This document shows, in pieces, positions 10,205-19,900 of a stretch of 64,000 nucleotides of DNA. The DNA lies in the NCBI GenBank assembly GCA_963765675.1, contig CAVXXK010000014.1, positions 32,001-96,000 of the forward strand, in the 5' to 3' direction. The notes below the pieces were generated by a model. It was not told the DNA's origin. It was given only the letters and a program-made list of their open reading frames with translations, and ran no database searches. Every line of letters begins with the position of its first letter. Position 1 is the first letter of the stretch. The translations under genes were made by a program, and so were the position numbers. The DNA is from an uncultured delta proteobacterium (GTDB lineage Bacteria > Desulfobacterota > Binatia > Binatales > Binataceae).

Positions 10205-10247
10205 CCCTCACCCGCCGCTTCGCGGCACCCTCTCCCGGAGGAGAGGG
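10205..10247. repeat. REP-like palindromic element, second copy
   Basis: ccctcacccgccgcttcgcggcaccctctcccggaggagaggg shares both ends with 4474-4548. Confidence 0.7.
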
Positions 10248-10326
10248 AATAGATGAATAGATAAAGAGGTGGAGTCGGCGCGGTTGCTTGACTGTGCGGG
10301 CGCAAACATAAATGCTTGCAGGTTGC

Positions 10327-10417
10327 GGAGAGGTTCGGGAGTCTGGCTGAACCGGCGTGACTCGAAATCACGTGAGCCCTAGTGGTTCCGGGGGTTCGAA
10401 TCCCCCCCTCTCCGCCA
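10327..10417 (+). tRNA. tRNA-Ser(CGA)
   Basis: Acceptor GGAGAGG/CCTCTCC, G73, encoded CCA; anticodon arm CGTGA-CTCGAAA-TCACG; long variable arm; T arm GGGGG-TTCGAAT-CCCCC. Confidence 0.97.
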
Positions 10418-10796
10418 AGCAATCTGTAATCTTCATCTACAATCTGGAGAAGGCGGCAATTCCACGCAGGGCGTGGCGCTTTTGTGCTCCAAGCGCGCCG
10501 GAGAGAGCACGCTCAGGCCGGATCCGCTCGAATTGACAGCAGGAGATTTTCCGTTATCGAACTCAGCTAGTGTTCGAAGTTTCGCTACTGTTCGTTCTCT
10601 TCTCTCTTTCCCTGTCCCGTGTCTGCTTTATCCGCCTTCTCAGTTACAAGGTACGGGTTAGCTGGGCTCAGATGGCTTGAAACTGCAGTTTTCGCTCGCG
10701 GGTTGTTGAATAGGGAAAGCTCGTGACTTTGCGTTTGCGGTGAGCGCAGACGCATAATCGGTTTGCGAACCGGCCATCCCTCCAAGGAGAACGAAC

Positions 10797-11891
10797 ATGG
10801 CAATCGCCCTGACGCATAGCGGCACCTCGGTTTACTCCTCTGTTTCTCCGTCGCGCGAGCTTCTGGTCGGCACCGCCGACGGCATCGTGACGCTCGAACG
10901 CACGCAAGCGCTTCGCGGCTGGCGGGTCGGCACGCGAGCGCTGAAGGGCTCGCACATCAGCTCGATGATCATTGCGCAGCCTGACGTGATGCTCGCGGCG
11001 ATTTACCACGGCGGCGTCATGATGAGCCGCGACAGTGGCAAAAGCTGGGAGCGTCGCGACAACGGAATCGCGCACAACGACGTGTACAGTCTCGGCGCCA
11101 CGATGCTGAACGGGAGGCTGAGGCTGTTCGCAGGGACTGAACCGGCCCACTTCTACCTGAGCGACGACCTCGGCGCGAACTGGCGCGAGTCCCCCTCGCT
11201 CAGGGCCGGCGCAGGCGTCGCGCGCTGGACCTTCCCGGGGCCGCCTCACAAGGCGCATGTCAAGGTGATCACGGTCGCGCCCGACGATCCCGCGACCGTT
11301 TACGCAAGCATCGAGCAGGGAGATCTGCTGAGAAGCACCGATGCGGGCGAGACTTGGCAGGAGATTTCCGGCTTCGACGAGGGCTTTGACTTCGACGTGC
11401 ATCGGCTCGTGATCCATCCGAAGAGTCCGTCAAGGCTCTACATGATGGGCGGCACCGGCCTGTGCGTCAGCGACGACCGCGGGACGAGTTGGGTCCGCTA
11501 CAGCGATACGAAATCGCCCATCGGCGGCTATCCGGACCAGCTCACGTATCTGCCAAGCCACGCCGACGTGCTGCTCGCGTCGGGCGCGCGCGGCAATCCG
11601 TTCACCTGGATGCAGACCGGGTTCGCCGGCTCGCGAATCGGACTCAGCCGCGACCGGGGCCGCACCTGGCAGATACTCGGTGGCGGCCTGCCCGCGCCCG
11701 ACCAGTGGCGCTCCGCGATCGAGGCGATGACGCTTGAGGAATGCGGCACCTCATTTTCGGCATTCGTCGGCACAACCTCCGGCGAGGTCTTCGCAACCGA
11801 CGACAGCGGCGACAGCTGGGCGCTGATCGCAAGCGGCCTCGCGCCAATCTCAAAGGGCTTGCACTACATGGTTCTCAATCGCGCCGCGTGA
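10797..11891 (+). CDS. BNR/Asp-box repeat beta-propeller protein
   Basis: Repeated SxDxGxxW boxes (SRDSGKSW, SDDLGANW, STDAGETW, SDDRGTSW, SRDRGRTW, TDDSGDSW); AAGGAG RBS. Confidence 0.88.
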   Translation: MAIALTHSGTSVYSSVSPSRELLVGTADGIVTLERTQALRGWRVGTRALKGSHISSMIIAQPDVMLAAIYHGGVMMSRDSGKSWERRDNGIAHNDVYSLGATMLNGRLRLFAGTEPAHFYLSDDLGANWRESPSLRAGAGVARWTFPGPPHKAHVKVITVAPDDPATVYASIEQGDLLRSTDAGETWQEISGFDEGFDFDVHRLVIHPKSPSRLYMMGGTGLCVSDDRGTSWVRYSDTKSPIGGYPDQLTYLPSHADVLLASGARGNPFTWMQTGFAGSRIGLSRDRGRTWQILGGGLPAPDQWRSAIEAMTLEECGTSFSAFVGTTSGEVFATDDSGDSWALIASGLAPISKGLHYMVLNRAA

Positions 11892-12115
11892 AGTGTTGCG
11901 ACCAGGAGCAGTTGGATTAATAGACGCCGCCGCGCGCGAGGGCTCCCGGTGATTTTGAATTTTTTCGCTCCGACACGGCGCGCTACGCTTCTTCGGAGTC
12001 GTAGATCGGCGATAAAAACAGGTCCGATACCCGACACCGCAAGAACCAGTCGATCGACCCGAGAACCTATCTGTTGAGGATGCGGAGCGTGACGCTGCGT
12101 TAGGAGAACACCACC

Positions 12116-12277
12116 GTGGCCGGAATCGGTGTGGTGGTAATCACCGCTTTCGCCTCATTTGAAACAGCAGTGGAAGCAATGAGGATGCTGTCGACTACCT
12201 ACCTAAGCCGTTCACTCCCGAACAGGTACGGCACGCCGCGCGCAGGGTCGTCGAGGCAAGTGCGCCGGCACAGTTAG
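12116..12277 (+). pseudogene. Frameshifted remnant of an NtrC-type response regulator receiver domain
   Basis: Manual translation gives IGVVVITAFASFETAVEAMR, then in another frame AVDYLPKPFTPEQVRHAARRVVEA. Confidence 0.75.
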
Positions 12278-12361
12278 ACCGCCGACCAATAAATACAATA
12301 CGCCATAAGGTATGCAATTTTGAGTGAGGGCAATTGTGTCCTCAGTCTGCCCCTAGTCTGC

Positions 12362-12410
12362 TTGACACTGGCGTTAGTGGTGGTGTATTACCATATCCCC
12401 TAGGGTATTT
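12362..12410 (+). promoter_or_regulatory. Probable sigma70 promoter and RcnR/CsoR-type operator
   Basis: TTGACA at 12362, TATTAC 18 bp later, then imperfect dyad ATATCCCCTAGGGTAT (C/G tract with AT flanks) just before the GGAGG RBS. Confidence 0.65.
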
Positions 12411-12430
12411 GGAGGAGGACGGGATTGGTT

Positions 12431-12706
12431 ATGGCTCACACGATCAAAGAGAAGATCAAGCTTCTAAATCGAGTGCGACGAGTTCGCGGTCAGGTCGAGG
12501 CACTTGAGCGCGCAGTGGAGGAAGAACGCGGCTGCGCCGATGTACTCCATCTCGTCGTCGCGGCGCGTGGCGCGATGAACAGCTTGATGGCGGAGATCAT
12601 TGAGGATCACATCCGGATGCATGTCGTCGATCCGGATCATGAACGCGGCTCCCGCGCCAAGGGCGCGGAAGAGCTGATCGAGATTGTTCAGGCGTACCTG
12701 AAGTAA
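12431..12706 (+). CDS. rcnR: RcnR-type (CsoR/RcnR family) Ni/Co-sensing repressor
   Basis: NRVRRVRGQVEAL; His3-Cys35-His60-His64 counted from ATG 12431, the RcnR fingerprint. Confidence 0.85.
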   Translation: MAHTIKEKIKLLNRVRRVRGQVEALERAVEEERGCADVLHLVVAARGAMNSLMAEIIEDHIRMHVVDPDHERGSRAKGAEELIEIVQAYLK

Positions 12707-12720
12707 CTGAGGGCCCGTTC

Positions 12721-14688
12721 ATGATCCGCCGGGAGCGAATCGAAACTCCGAGTCTGGTCGATCAGGCGCAAAGTGGGACGACTGCACCGTCCGTTGCAGA
12801 GCGCTACCAGGCCCTCAGCCGGATCGAGGCGGCGCGAATCATCATCGTTGCCCTTGCCGCGGCCGCCGTATGGTTCCACGTATGGGAACCGCTGCCGAGG
12901 GTCGGCCTGATAGGCGTAGTGGGACTTCTGATCGGCGGTTGGCCAATCTTCAAGGAAGCGGCCGAGAATGCGGCGGCACGGCGGATGACTATGGAGTTGT
13001 CCATGAGCATCGCGATCATCGCGGCGGCCGGCATCTCCCAGTTCTTCACCGCGCTCATCATCACACTGTTTGTTCTTGTGGCCGAGGTGCTCGAGGGGAT
13101 GACCGTTTCTCGGGGCCGGCGGGCCATCCGGGATTTGATGGACTTCATCCCCCGTTCCGTCACGATTCGCGGCGCCAGCGGCGTGCGCGAGGCATCCGCC
13201 GACGAGCTGCGCATCGGCGATTCCGTACTCGTCAACCCCGGCGGTCTGGTGCCAATCGACGGTACGGTGACAAGCGGCCATTCATTTGTTGGCCAAGCCC
13301 GGATTACGGGCGAGTCGATGCCGGTTGAGAAGCTACCCGGATCGGTTGTGTATGCCGGAACGATCAACCAATCAGGCGCGCTAGAGATCCGGGTCGAACG
13401 GATCGGGCGCGATACCAGCTACGGCAGGATTATCGAAGCGGTCGAGCATGCCGAGCGATCGCGCGCGCCCGTGCAGCAGTTGGCAGATCGCCTTGCCGGA
13501 TACCTGGTCTATTTCGCTCTCGCCGCCGCTACGGTCACGTTCCTTTTAACCCGAGACGCGCGTTCCACCATCTCGGTAATAATCGTTGCGGGCGCGTGTG
13601 GCATTGCTGCTGGCACGCCACTGGCGATCCTTGGAGGCATCGGTCGCTCGGCGCGTCTTGGCGCGATCATCAAAGGCGGCCTCTATTTGGAGACTCTGGG
13701 TAAGGTGAATACTGTCGTCCTCGACAAGACCGGTACACTCACCTTCGGTCGAGCCGAAGTGCTGGCGATCGTTCCGGCAGATGGTGTATCGGAAGTCGAA
13801 GTCCTGGACGCCGCGGCGTCGGCAGAGATGCGCTCCGAGCATCCGCTGGGCAAAGCGATGATCAACCTTGCGTCGGCGAAGAACCGTTCTCTCGATGAGC
13901 CCGAGCGTTTTGACTACCTACCCGGCCGCGGCATCACCGCTGTGGTTGGCGGAGTAACGATCCTCATCGGCAATCGGGGACTCCTGAGCGATCATGCGAT
14001 CGAGGTGCCGCGCGACTTTGCTACCTGCCAGGACGCCTCATCGGAAGTCCTCGTAGCTCGCGACGGACGCTTTTTCGGAGCGATCGTAATAGCAGACACC
14101 GTGCGGCCAGAGGCGCGGCGCGCCATCGAAGCGTTGAATCAGATGGGCATTCGGAGCGTTCTGCTGACCGGAGATACCAAGCCGGTCGCCGACATGGTCG
14201 CCCGCGAACTCGGAATCAGTGAAGTCCAAGCCAACATGCTGCCGGAGATGAAGCTCGAGCGAATCAAAAGTCTCGTGACGGCCGGGCGCGTCGTTGCGAT
14301 GGTGGGCGACGGCATAAACGATGCTCCCGCTTTGGCGGAAGCGAACGTAGGCGTTGCGATGGGCTCGGGGACCGACGTCGCTCGCGAGAGTGCAGATGTT
14401 GTGCTGCTCGGCAACGACTTGTTGAAATTCACTGAGACGCTCGCGATTGCGCGCTGGACTCGCCGGATCATCTGGTGGAATTTCGCGGGCACAATCGGAG
14501 TCGACATGGTCGGCATGGCGCTCGCGTCCGTAGGCCTGCTGAATCCGCCACTCGCCGCTTTCATTCACGTTACATCCGAGTTGGCCTTCATCCTTAATTC
14601 GGCGCGGCTGCTGCCACGCTCGGAGCCGAGCAGGAAGCCCGGGATGGGTGATGAAGCACGGGAGAATACCCTCGCGAAGGCCGCGTAG
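12721..14688 (+). CDS. Heavy-metal translocating P1B-type ATPase, no N-terminal HMA domain
   Basis: TGES, DKTGTLT, SEHPLG, LTGD, GDGINDAPAL; membrane motif VAGACGIAAGTP. Confidence 0.95.
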   Translation: MIRRERIETPSLVDQAQSGTTAPSVAERYQALSRIEAARIIIVALAAAAVWFHVWEPLPRVGLIGVVGLLIGGWPIFKEAAENAAARRMTMELSMSIAIIAAAGISQFFTALIITLFVLVAEVLEGMTVSRGRRAIRDLMDFIPRSVTIRGASGVREASADELRIGDSVLVNPGGLVPIDGTVTSGHSFVGQARITGESMPVEKLPGSVVYAGTINQSGALEIRVERIGRDTSYGRIIEAVEHAERSRAPVQQLADRLAGYLVYFALAAATVTFLLTRDARSTISVIIVAGACGIAAGTPLAILGGIGRSARLGAIIKGGLYLETLGKVNTVVLDKTGTLTFGRAEVLAIVPADGVSEVEVLDAAASAEMRSEHPLGKAMINLASAKNRSLDEPERFDYLPGRGITAVVGGVTILIGNRGLLSDHAIEVPRDFATCQDASSEVLVARDGRFFGAIVIADTVRPEARRAIEALNQMGIRSVLLTGDTKPVADMVARELGISEVQANMLPEMKLERIKSLVTAGRVVAMVGDGINDAPALAEANVGVAMGSGTDVARESADVVLLGNDLLKFTETLAIARWTRRIIWWNFAGTIGVDMVGMALASVGLLNPPLAAFIHVTSELAFILNSARLLPRSEPSRKPGMGDEARENTLAKAA

Positions 14689-14713
14689 GTCATCATCATC
14701 CAGGAGTTCGGCC

Positions 14714-15397
14714 ATGGAACATACTCACAAAAAGCTTGACCTGGAACTTTCCGATCTGCGAACAAAGCTCAGCCAAATGGGAGACATGGTCATCGCGCAG
14801 ATCGACCGCGCGCTCGGATGTTTGAGCGAACATGATGTTCGCGGCACCCACGTAATCATACAGCGCGACATCAACGTGAACCGAATGGATATTGACCTGG
14901 ACGAAATGTGTTTGCAGCTCCTGGCGCTTCATCAGCCGGTGGCCGGAGACCTTAGGCTCATAACTGCGGTTATGAAGATTACAACGGAACTGGAGCGAAT
15001 TGGCGATCGAGTGGTCAACATTTGCGAGGCTGTTCACGATCGCGACGAGCGCGATCCGGTAATGTCTCATGCTGAAGTCTCGCAAATGGGGGCGCTCTCG
15101 CTCGCGATGGTCCGCGGCAGCCTGACCGCCTTTTCCCGAGCGGACAGTTCGGTCGCCAAACGGGTGTTTGAGAAGGACAAGGAGTTTGACGCGCTCTATG
15201 GTGCGGTGTTTGCAAAGCTCACCTCGATGGCAAAAGATCCAGATCGAGTCGCGCACGATACAAAACTGGCCTTCCTGTCAAAGGACTTGAATGAAATCTC
15301 AGAGCACGCGACCAATATTGCTGAACTTGTGATGTTTATGGTTGACGGCAAAGAGATTAGTCATATGGACATGCACGAGCGGCGGGTGACTCGGTAA
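14714..15397 (+). CDS. phoU: PhoU-family protein
   Basis: LLALHQPVAGDLRLI, ELERIGDRVVNI, EHATNIAELV; AGGAG RBS. Confidence 0.9.
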   Translation: MEHTHKKLDLELSDLRTKLSQMGDMVIAQIDRALGCLSEHDVRGTHVIIQRDINVNRMDIDLDEMCLQLLALHQPVAGDLRLITAVMKITTELERIGDRVVNICEAVHDRDERDPVMSHAEVSQMGALSLAMVRGSLTAFSRADSSVAKRVFEKDKEFDALYGAVFAKLTSMAKDPDRVAHDTKLAFLSKDLNEISEHATNIAELVMFMVDGKEISHMDMHERRVTR

Positions 15398-15520
15398 GGG
15401 GTGTGCGAAGGATGCCATCAGTCGAAGCAGAGACCGTCATCGTTTTCGGATAGGCGCGCCGAGACATTCGATTGACCAACTCGAAAGTTCTGATCGTTTA
15501 ACTGCGAGGAAACAGCAGCC

Positions 15521-15736
15521 ATGCAGACGACAGAGGTTGAGGCCAAGGCGGCAGTCGCGATGCTACGAGAGGGGCTTCGAGACTTCGACCTTCAACGGGT
15601 CGCTAAGGCCTCGACCGCGTTGGTCAGAACGGGGGTTTTGGCGGCGAATCACGGAATAGAACTGTCCAACACGGTCGGGATCCTGAGGCACATTTTCCAT
15701 GACATCGAAGACTGGGAGCGCCGCAATCCATCTTAA
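15521..15736 (+). CDS. Small hypothetical protein (71 aa)
   Basis: GAGGA RBS, ATG start, helical-looking sequence, co-oriented with neighbours. Confidence 0.55.
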   Translation: MQTTEVEAKAAVAMLREGLRDFDLQRVAKASTALVRTGVLAANHGIELSNTVGILRHIFHDIEDWERRNPS

Positions 15737-15855
15737 GTGTTGTCAACCCGACACAAGTAGTGGTGACAGCTAAATGGCGGGCTCCATCATCAATACGTCC
15801 GGCTTTAGGTTTTGACTAGGCACAGGGTGGAACCACGAGGTTCGTAAGGATCACG

Positions 15856-16629
15856 ATGGGCCGAGCGATACTTCCGCTATCGGTCTGCATTATCGCGTTG
15901 CTCGCGGCTGCGCGTCCATCGCACGCGATCGACTTCTACGAAATCGAGATTTACGACACGGACACGACGCCGGCCGGTCATCTTCAGCTCGAACTGCATT
16001 CGAACACTACGTCAACGGCGACCGGGCAGTTGGCGAAAAGCCAGATGGACGTTTACCAGGTACACGAGACGGTCGAGGGCACGTACGGAGTCCTGCGCTG
16101 GCTCGAGGTCGGGCAGTATTTCTGCACCGCGAAGCTCTCCAACGGCAATTACGAATATTCGGGCTCACGCACGAAGGTCCATTTTGGTGTCCCGCAGACG
16201 TTCGAGTGGCCGGTGCAATTCGGCGGCAATATCGAGCTCGACTACATGCGGCACGCGGCCGAGGAAAATCCGACGACGCTGGAGCTGCGACCGATCGCCG
16301 GTGCGAATTACAAGAATTTCCGGCTGGTGGGGAACTTCGCGTTCGAGGACCCATTCAGCGGTCCGGGTGCCCATCACGGTTTTCAATTCGATCCTTCGGG
16401 GATGCTGGTTTACAAGCTCAACGACTGGCTTTCACCGGCGCTTGAATACTACGGCGACATGGGCTCGATTCAACCGCTGGCGAAAGTACAGGAGCAGCAG
16501 CATTTTATCGTGCCAGCGATGAATTTCGATTTCCTTCCACAGCTCGAGCTCAACCTCGGCGTCGGAATCGGATTGACTCGCGCGAGTAACGGGATATTCC
16601 TGAAATCGATTGTCGGCTGGACGTTTTAG
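15856..16629 (+). CDS. Secreted protein, probable outer-membrane beta-barrel
   Basis: Signal peptide (...RPSHA), alternating amphipathic strands, C-terminal ...SIVGWTF. Confidence 0.78.
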   Translation: MGRAILPLSVCIIALLAAARPSHAIDFYEIEIYDTDTTPAGHLQLELHSNTTSTATGQLAKSQMDVYQVHETVEGTYGVLRWLEVGQYFCTAKLSNGNYEYSGSRTKVHFGVPQTFEWPVQFGGNIELDYMRHAAEENPTTLELRPIAGANYKNFRLVGNFAFEDPFSGPGAHHGFQFDPSGMLVYKLNDWLSPALEYYGDMGSIQPLAKVQEQQHFIVPAMNFDFLPQLELNLGVGIGLTRASNGIFLKSIVGWTF

Positions 16630-16646
16630 GCACCGCGCCTTTTTGA
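16628..16646 (+). terminator. Possible weak rho-independent terminator
   Basis: aggc-accgc-gcct followed by TTTT right after the stop codon. Confidence 0.35.
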
Positions 16647-16943
16647 TGGCATCACGATTAACAAGTATTGCGGATGGGCTGCACTCTGAGCTCGCTAAGT
16701 CTACGATGTTCTCTGGAGACCCTAACGAGGGTCAATCTAATTGCCTTGACCGTTGCGAGAACCCCGCTCATACTTAAAACGTAGGGTTCGAGAACAATCT
16801 CGAATGCCGGATAGATCGAATTCGACGGTGGTCCTTCCAATAGCCTTTGGCCACTGGTTCCTATACAAGCTACATTTTAGACTTGCAAAGGCCCGGAGAG
16901 TTTCTTCCGACGCATTGAGCGTTTCGGAAAGACGAGCGTTGTT

Positions 16944-17825
16944 ATGCGCGAAGAGATTAGCGGGCCTTATTTGCAGCACATCATCGACGCGGCGCACCGG
17001 AAGTCCTTCGATCCTCACAAGGATATCGATTGGAGCATCCCTTTCGACTGCTCATATTTCTACATGCCCCAGGACATGGTGTCTCTTTACGGAACACCGC
17101 TGTGGGATCAAATGACTCATGAACAGCGAGTAAAGCTTTCAATGCACGAGGCATGCAGCGCTTTCGCGGGCCTGATCTGGTTTGAAAACCAGCTTTCCTT
17201 CAAGCTGATGGATTATCTGATCGACGAAAGCCCGCTCGAGCCTGAATTCTACTGGATGCAGATAGAGGTGGCCGACGAGTGCCGCCATTCGATGATGTTC
17301 GGCGAAGCTATCAAGCGTTGCGGCGTTCCCTGGTACAAGCCGCGCTATTCGAGCCTGATCGCGTTTTTTACCAAGTACCTGACTTCAAGGGTCGGAATGA
17401 TGCTGAGTGCGCTGGCCGCCGAAGACGTCACCGGTTATCTGCACAGCCGCACCGAGCGGGATCCGGAGTGCCACCCTGTGATGCGCGAGCTGTCGAGAAT
17501 TCATATTCTCGAGGAAGCGAGGCATCGTGGCTATGCTCATGAATATCTCCGTCAGAGCTGGCCGCACGTAGGAATGTTCCAGCGCTCGATGATCCGACGC
17601 TACGGATTGCTCTCGACCCGGATCATCATCAGACAATTGGTGCACCCCGACATCTACAAAAACCTCGGCTTGCCGAAAGAAGCACTTGAGATGGCAAAGC
17701 ACAATCCCCATCGCGCACACATCAAGCGCGAGATGTCGGCGCAACTAGTCGAGTTCCTGATCAATACCGATATCGTCGATCAGATTGCCGTGCCGAAATG
17801 GCGCGCGGCCGGCCTGATGGCATGA
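16944..17825 (+). CDS. AurF-family diiron N-oxygenase-like protein
   Basis: SFDPHKDIDW, SLYGTPLWDQM, WFEN, DECRH, AED, HILEEARH. Confidence 0.9.
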   Translation: MREEISGPYLQHIIDAAHRKSFDPHKDIDWSIPFDCSYFYMPQDMVSLYGTPLWDQMTHEQRVKLSMHEACSAFAGLIWFENQLSFKLMDYLIDESPLEPEFYWMQIEVADECRHSMMFGEAIKRCGVPWYKPRYSSLIAFFTKYLTSRVGMMLSALAAEDVTGYLHSRTERDPECHPVMRELSRIHILEEARHRGYAHEYLRQSWPHVGMFQRSMIRRYGLLSTRIIIRQLVHPDIYKNLGLPKEALEMAKHNPHRAHIKREMSAQLVEFLINTDIVDQIAVPKWRAAGLMA

Positions 17826-17924
17826 TTTCTCCGTCTCAGCGGTTTAGTAAGGCATTGGATGTATAAATTTATGCCCCGGGTGCGTTGTTGTCTCTGTTTG
17901 GGTAGAGGCGCCCCGAAATCCAGA

Positions 17925-18896
17925 ATGAGTACTTCATCGTCTCGAGTCTGGATTCTCACCCCTTCGCTGATAATGCTCCTGACGGTTCCAGCTTTTTGGC
18001 CTGCTGTTGGACGCACGGACGCTGTTCTTTCTTCCGGTACAGAGTCGAGTGCGGGCGGCGCAACTGATGCCTGGCTAGTGAATCGCGGTCTTATCGCTCG
18101 CGGGCTGGTCGCAGAACAGTCCAGCAATGATGCAATTTCACCGCCGACCGGTACCGAGGTCAACGAAACCCGGCAAACCGAAAACCGTACCGGCGAGGTT
18201 CTGAACCGAGTCACGTCGTGGAACGAAACCGCCGCCGACGACATGGTTCATTTCGAAGTGACCACCTTATCCTCCGATCAGTTCGAAGTCGCTTTCTGGC
18301 TATTTCCGAATCATCGTAAGGGCTGCACGCTATATCAATGGACGCTTTACGATCATGGCCGCGCGCTGCAAAGCGCGTTCTGGCGGAACGATGCGGCGGT
18401 ACTTCGCTTGGCCGGCGCCGCGGATCTGCCGCCGGATTTGTATCCGGACTCAGTTCCCTGGATCGCGTTCCTACGCGTGCTTGATGCACCGCGCGACGGC
18501 GGCGAAGGTATGCTTCATCAACAGATCACACCGTACAGCTATGTAGGTCAGCAGGTGTGGGCCAAAGGCCCCGAGGAAATCAGCGTACCGGCAGGCACTT
18601 TCTCCGCGCTTGCCGTGACCGCACAAGTGGACGTTGCCACGGTAATGCCGAACTGGCCGCGCTTCGTCCTGCACGTCATCGAACCTGTCGTACCCAAAAA
18701 TACGCTCTACTTCGAGGCGACGCCGCCCTACCGGTTGCTCAAGCAGGAGGGCACCACGTTTGTCGGCGGTCCCGAAGTAACCACGGAACTGATTCGCACC
18801 TATATCGCTGGCACGCGACCGGTCGTGGCCGCCGCTCCTCAAACTAAGTTGTTGGATGCGCCGCCCGGATTCGCTAGTTCACCGATTATCAGGTGA
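17925..18896 (+). CDS. Exported/membrane-anchored hypothetical protein (C-terminal part DUF3108-like)
   Basis: N-terminal hydrophobic stretch; EEISVPAGTFSAL and PPYRLLK motifs; start uncertain. Confidence 0.6.
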   Translation: MSTSSSRVWILTPSLIMLLTVPAFWPAVGRTDAVLSSGTESSAGGATDAWLVNRGLIARGLVAEQSSNDAISPPTGTEVNETRQTENRTGEVLNRVTSWNETAADDMVHFEVTTLSSDQFEVAFWLFPNHRKGCTLYQWTLYDHGRALQSAFWRNDAAVLRLAGAADLPPDLYPDSVPWIAFLRVLDAPRDGGEGMLHQQITPYSYVGQQVWAKGPEEISVPAGTFSALAVTAQVDVATVMPNWPRFVLHVIEPVVPKNTLYFEATPPYRLLKQEGTTFVGGPEVTTELIRTYIAGTRPVVAAAPQTKLLDAPPGFASSPIIR

Positions 18897-18937
18897 CGGA
18901 AAGACAGCGATCGCGACCTGTTTCCATCCGGCCAGGC

Positions 18938-19900
18938 TCACAAATATCCAACTTCACGCTTGACTGCGTATTCCTCTTTGACCTGGGCTGCTTCTTCCGC
19001 CAGCGGCGCTCCCATCGCCAGCCCCATCGGGATCCGGATCACGATGTTGAAGGCTGTCACAGCCAGGGACAGAGCAAAAAGATCGCCCTTGCTGGCAAAG
19101 CGCGCGAAAGCCAAGGTGAAGATTAGCTGCGTCGTTCCAATTCCTCCCGGAGAGATTGGCGAATTGCCAATCGCCACGATGAACGGCGTCATTGCCAGTG
19201 TCTGCGCCAGCGGAACCCCAATATGAAAACTCATTAACTGCCCATACAGAGCAAAGCCTTCTCCCAGAACAATTAGAAACTTGATGGAAAGAAGGCTCAC
19301 GTACTGCGAAGGTAACGCGACGCGGAAACTCTCCATCGAGGGCCGATCATAGATCCATCGCAGCCAATTGCTACTGGCGAGCCTCCGACCCCAACAGAGC
19401 CAGAACGAGGCGATCAGACAGCATATGGCTAAAACGACTGCCGCATAGTTGAAAGCAGGACGGATGGGCGACGTCGGCACCAGAGCGATCGCGACCAGCA
19501 AGAGCGCGGCCAGCATCGCGGCGTCCAGAAAGCCCTGGAACATCAGCGTCCATACGGCCTTTATCCACGGCGCTTCTTTGTGGGAGTGCAGAAAGAGAAC
19601 CAGCGCACCGCCGGCGACATATGAATTAACAATCTGAAGGAAGCTGACTGCGGCCATGGTCGGAAGCAGTTCGAGCGTCCCGGTACGACGATGGAAATAA
19701 CTGAACAAACGCGAGAGCAATACTGTCTCGCCGATAAACCAGCATAGAAACCCACCGAGGCTAGCAACGACAAAAACCCAAAGCGTCGCGTGGCTTCCCG
19801 CGTCCGAAACCTGGCTCCATGAGATTCCACGCGCGGCGTAACCGACGATTGCCGCGGCTATCGAGTATGCTACGAGATTTTGAATCCACGTCTTACTCAA
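18938..19900 (-). CDS. Lysylphosphatidylglycerol-synthase TM / flippase-like membrane protein
   Basis: Multiple TM helices, PISPGGIGTTQ motif; TTG start. Confidence 0.8.
   Translation of the reverse strand: MSKTWIQNLVAYSIAAAIVGYAARGISWSQVSDAGSHATLWVFVVASLGGFLCWFIGETVLLSRLFSYFHRRTGTLELLPTMAAVSFLQIVNSYVAGGALVLFLHSHKEAPWIKAVWTLMFQGFLDAAMLAALLLVAIALVPTSPIRPAFNYAAVVLAICCLIASFWLCWGRRLASSNWLRWIYDRPSMESFRVALPSQYVSLLSIKFLIVLGEGFALYGQLMSFHIGVPLAQTLAMTPFIVAIGNSPISPGGIGTTQLIFTLAFARFASKGDLFALSLAVTAFNIVIRIPMGLAMGAPLAEEAAQVKEEYAVKREVGYL

Noticed and set aside
10180-10422. 80-aa minus-strand ORF
   Set aside because: Antisense reading of the tRNA-Ser and the REP element
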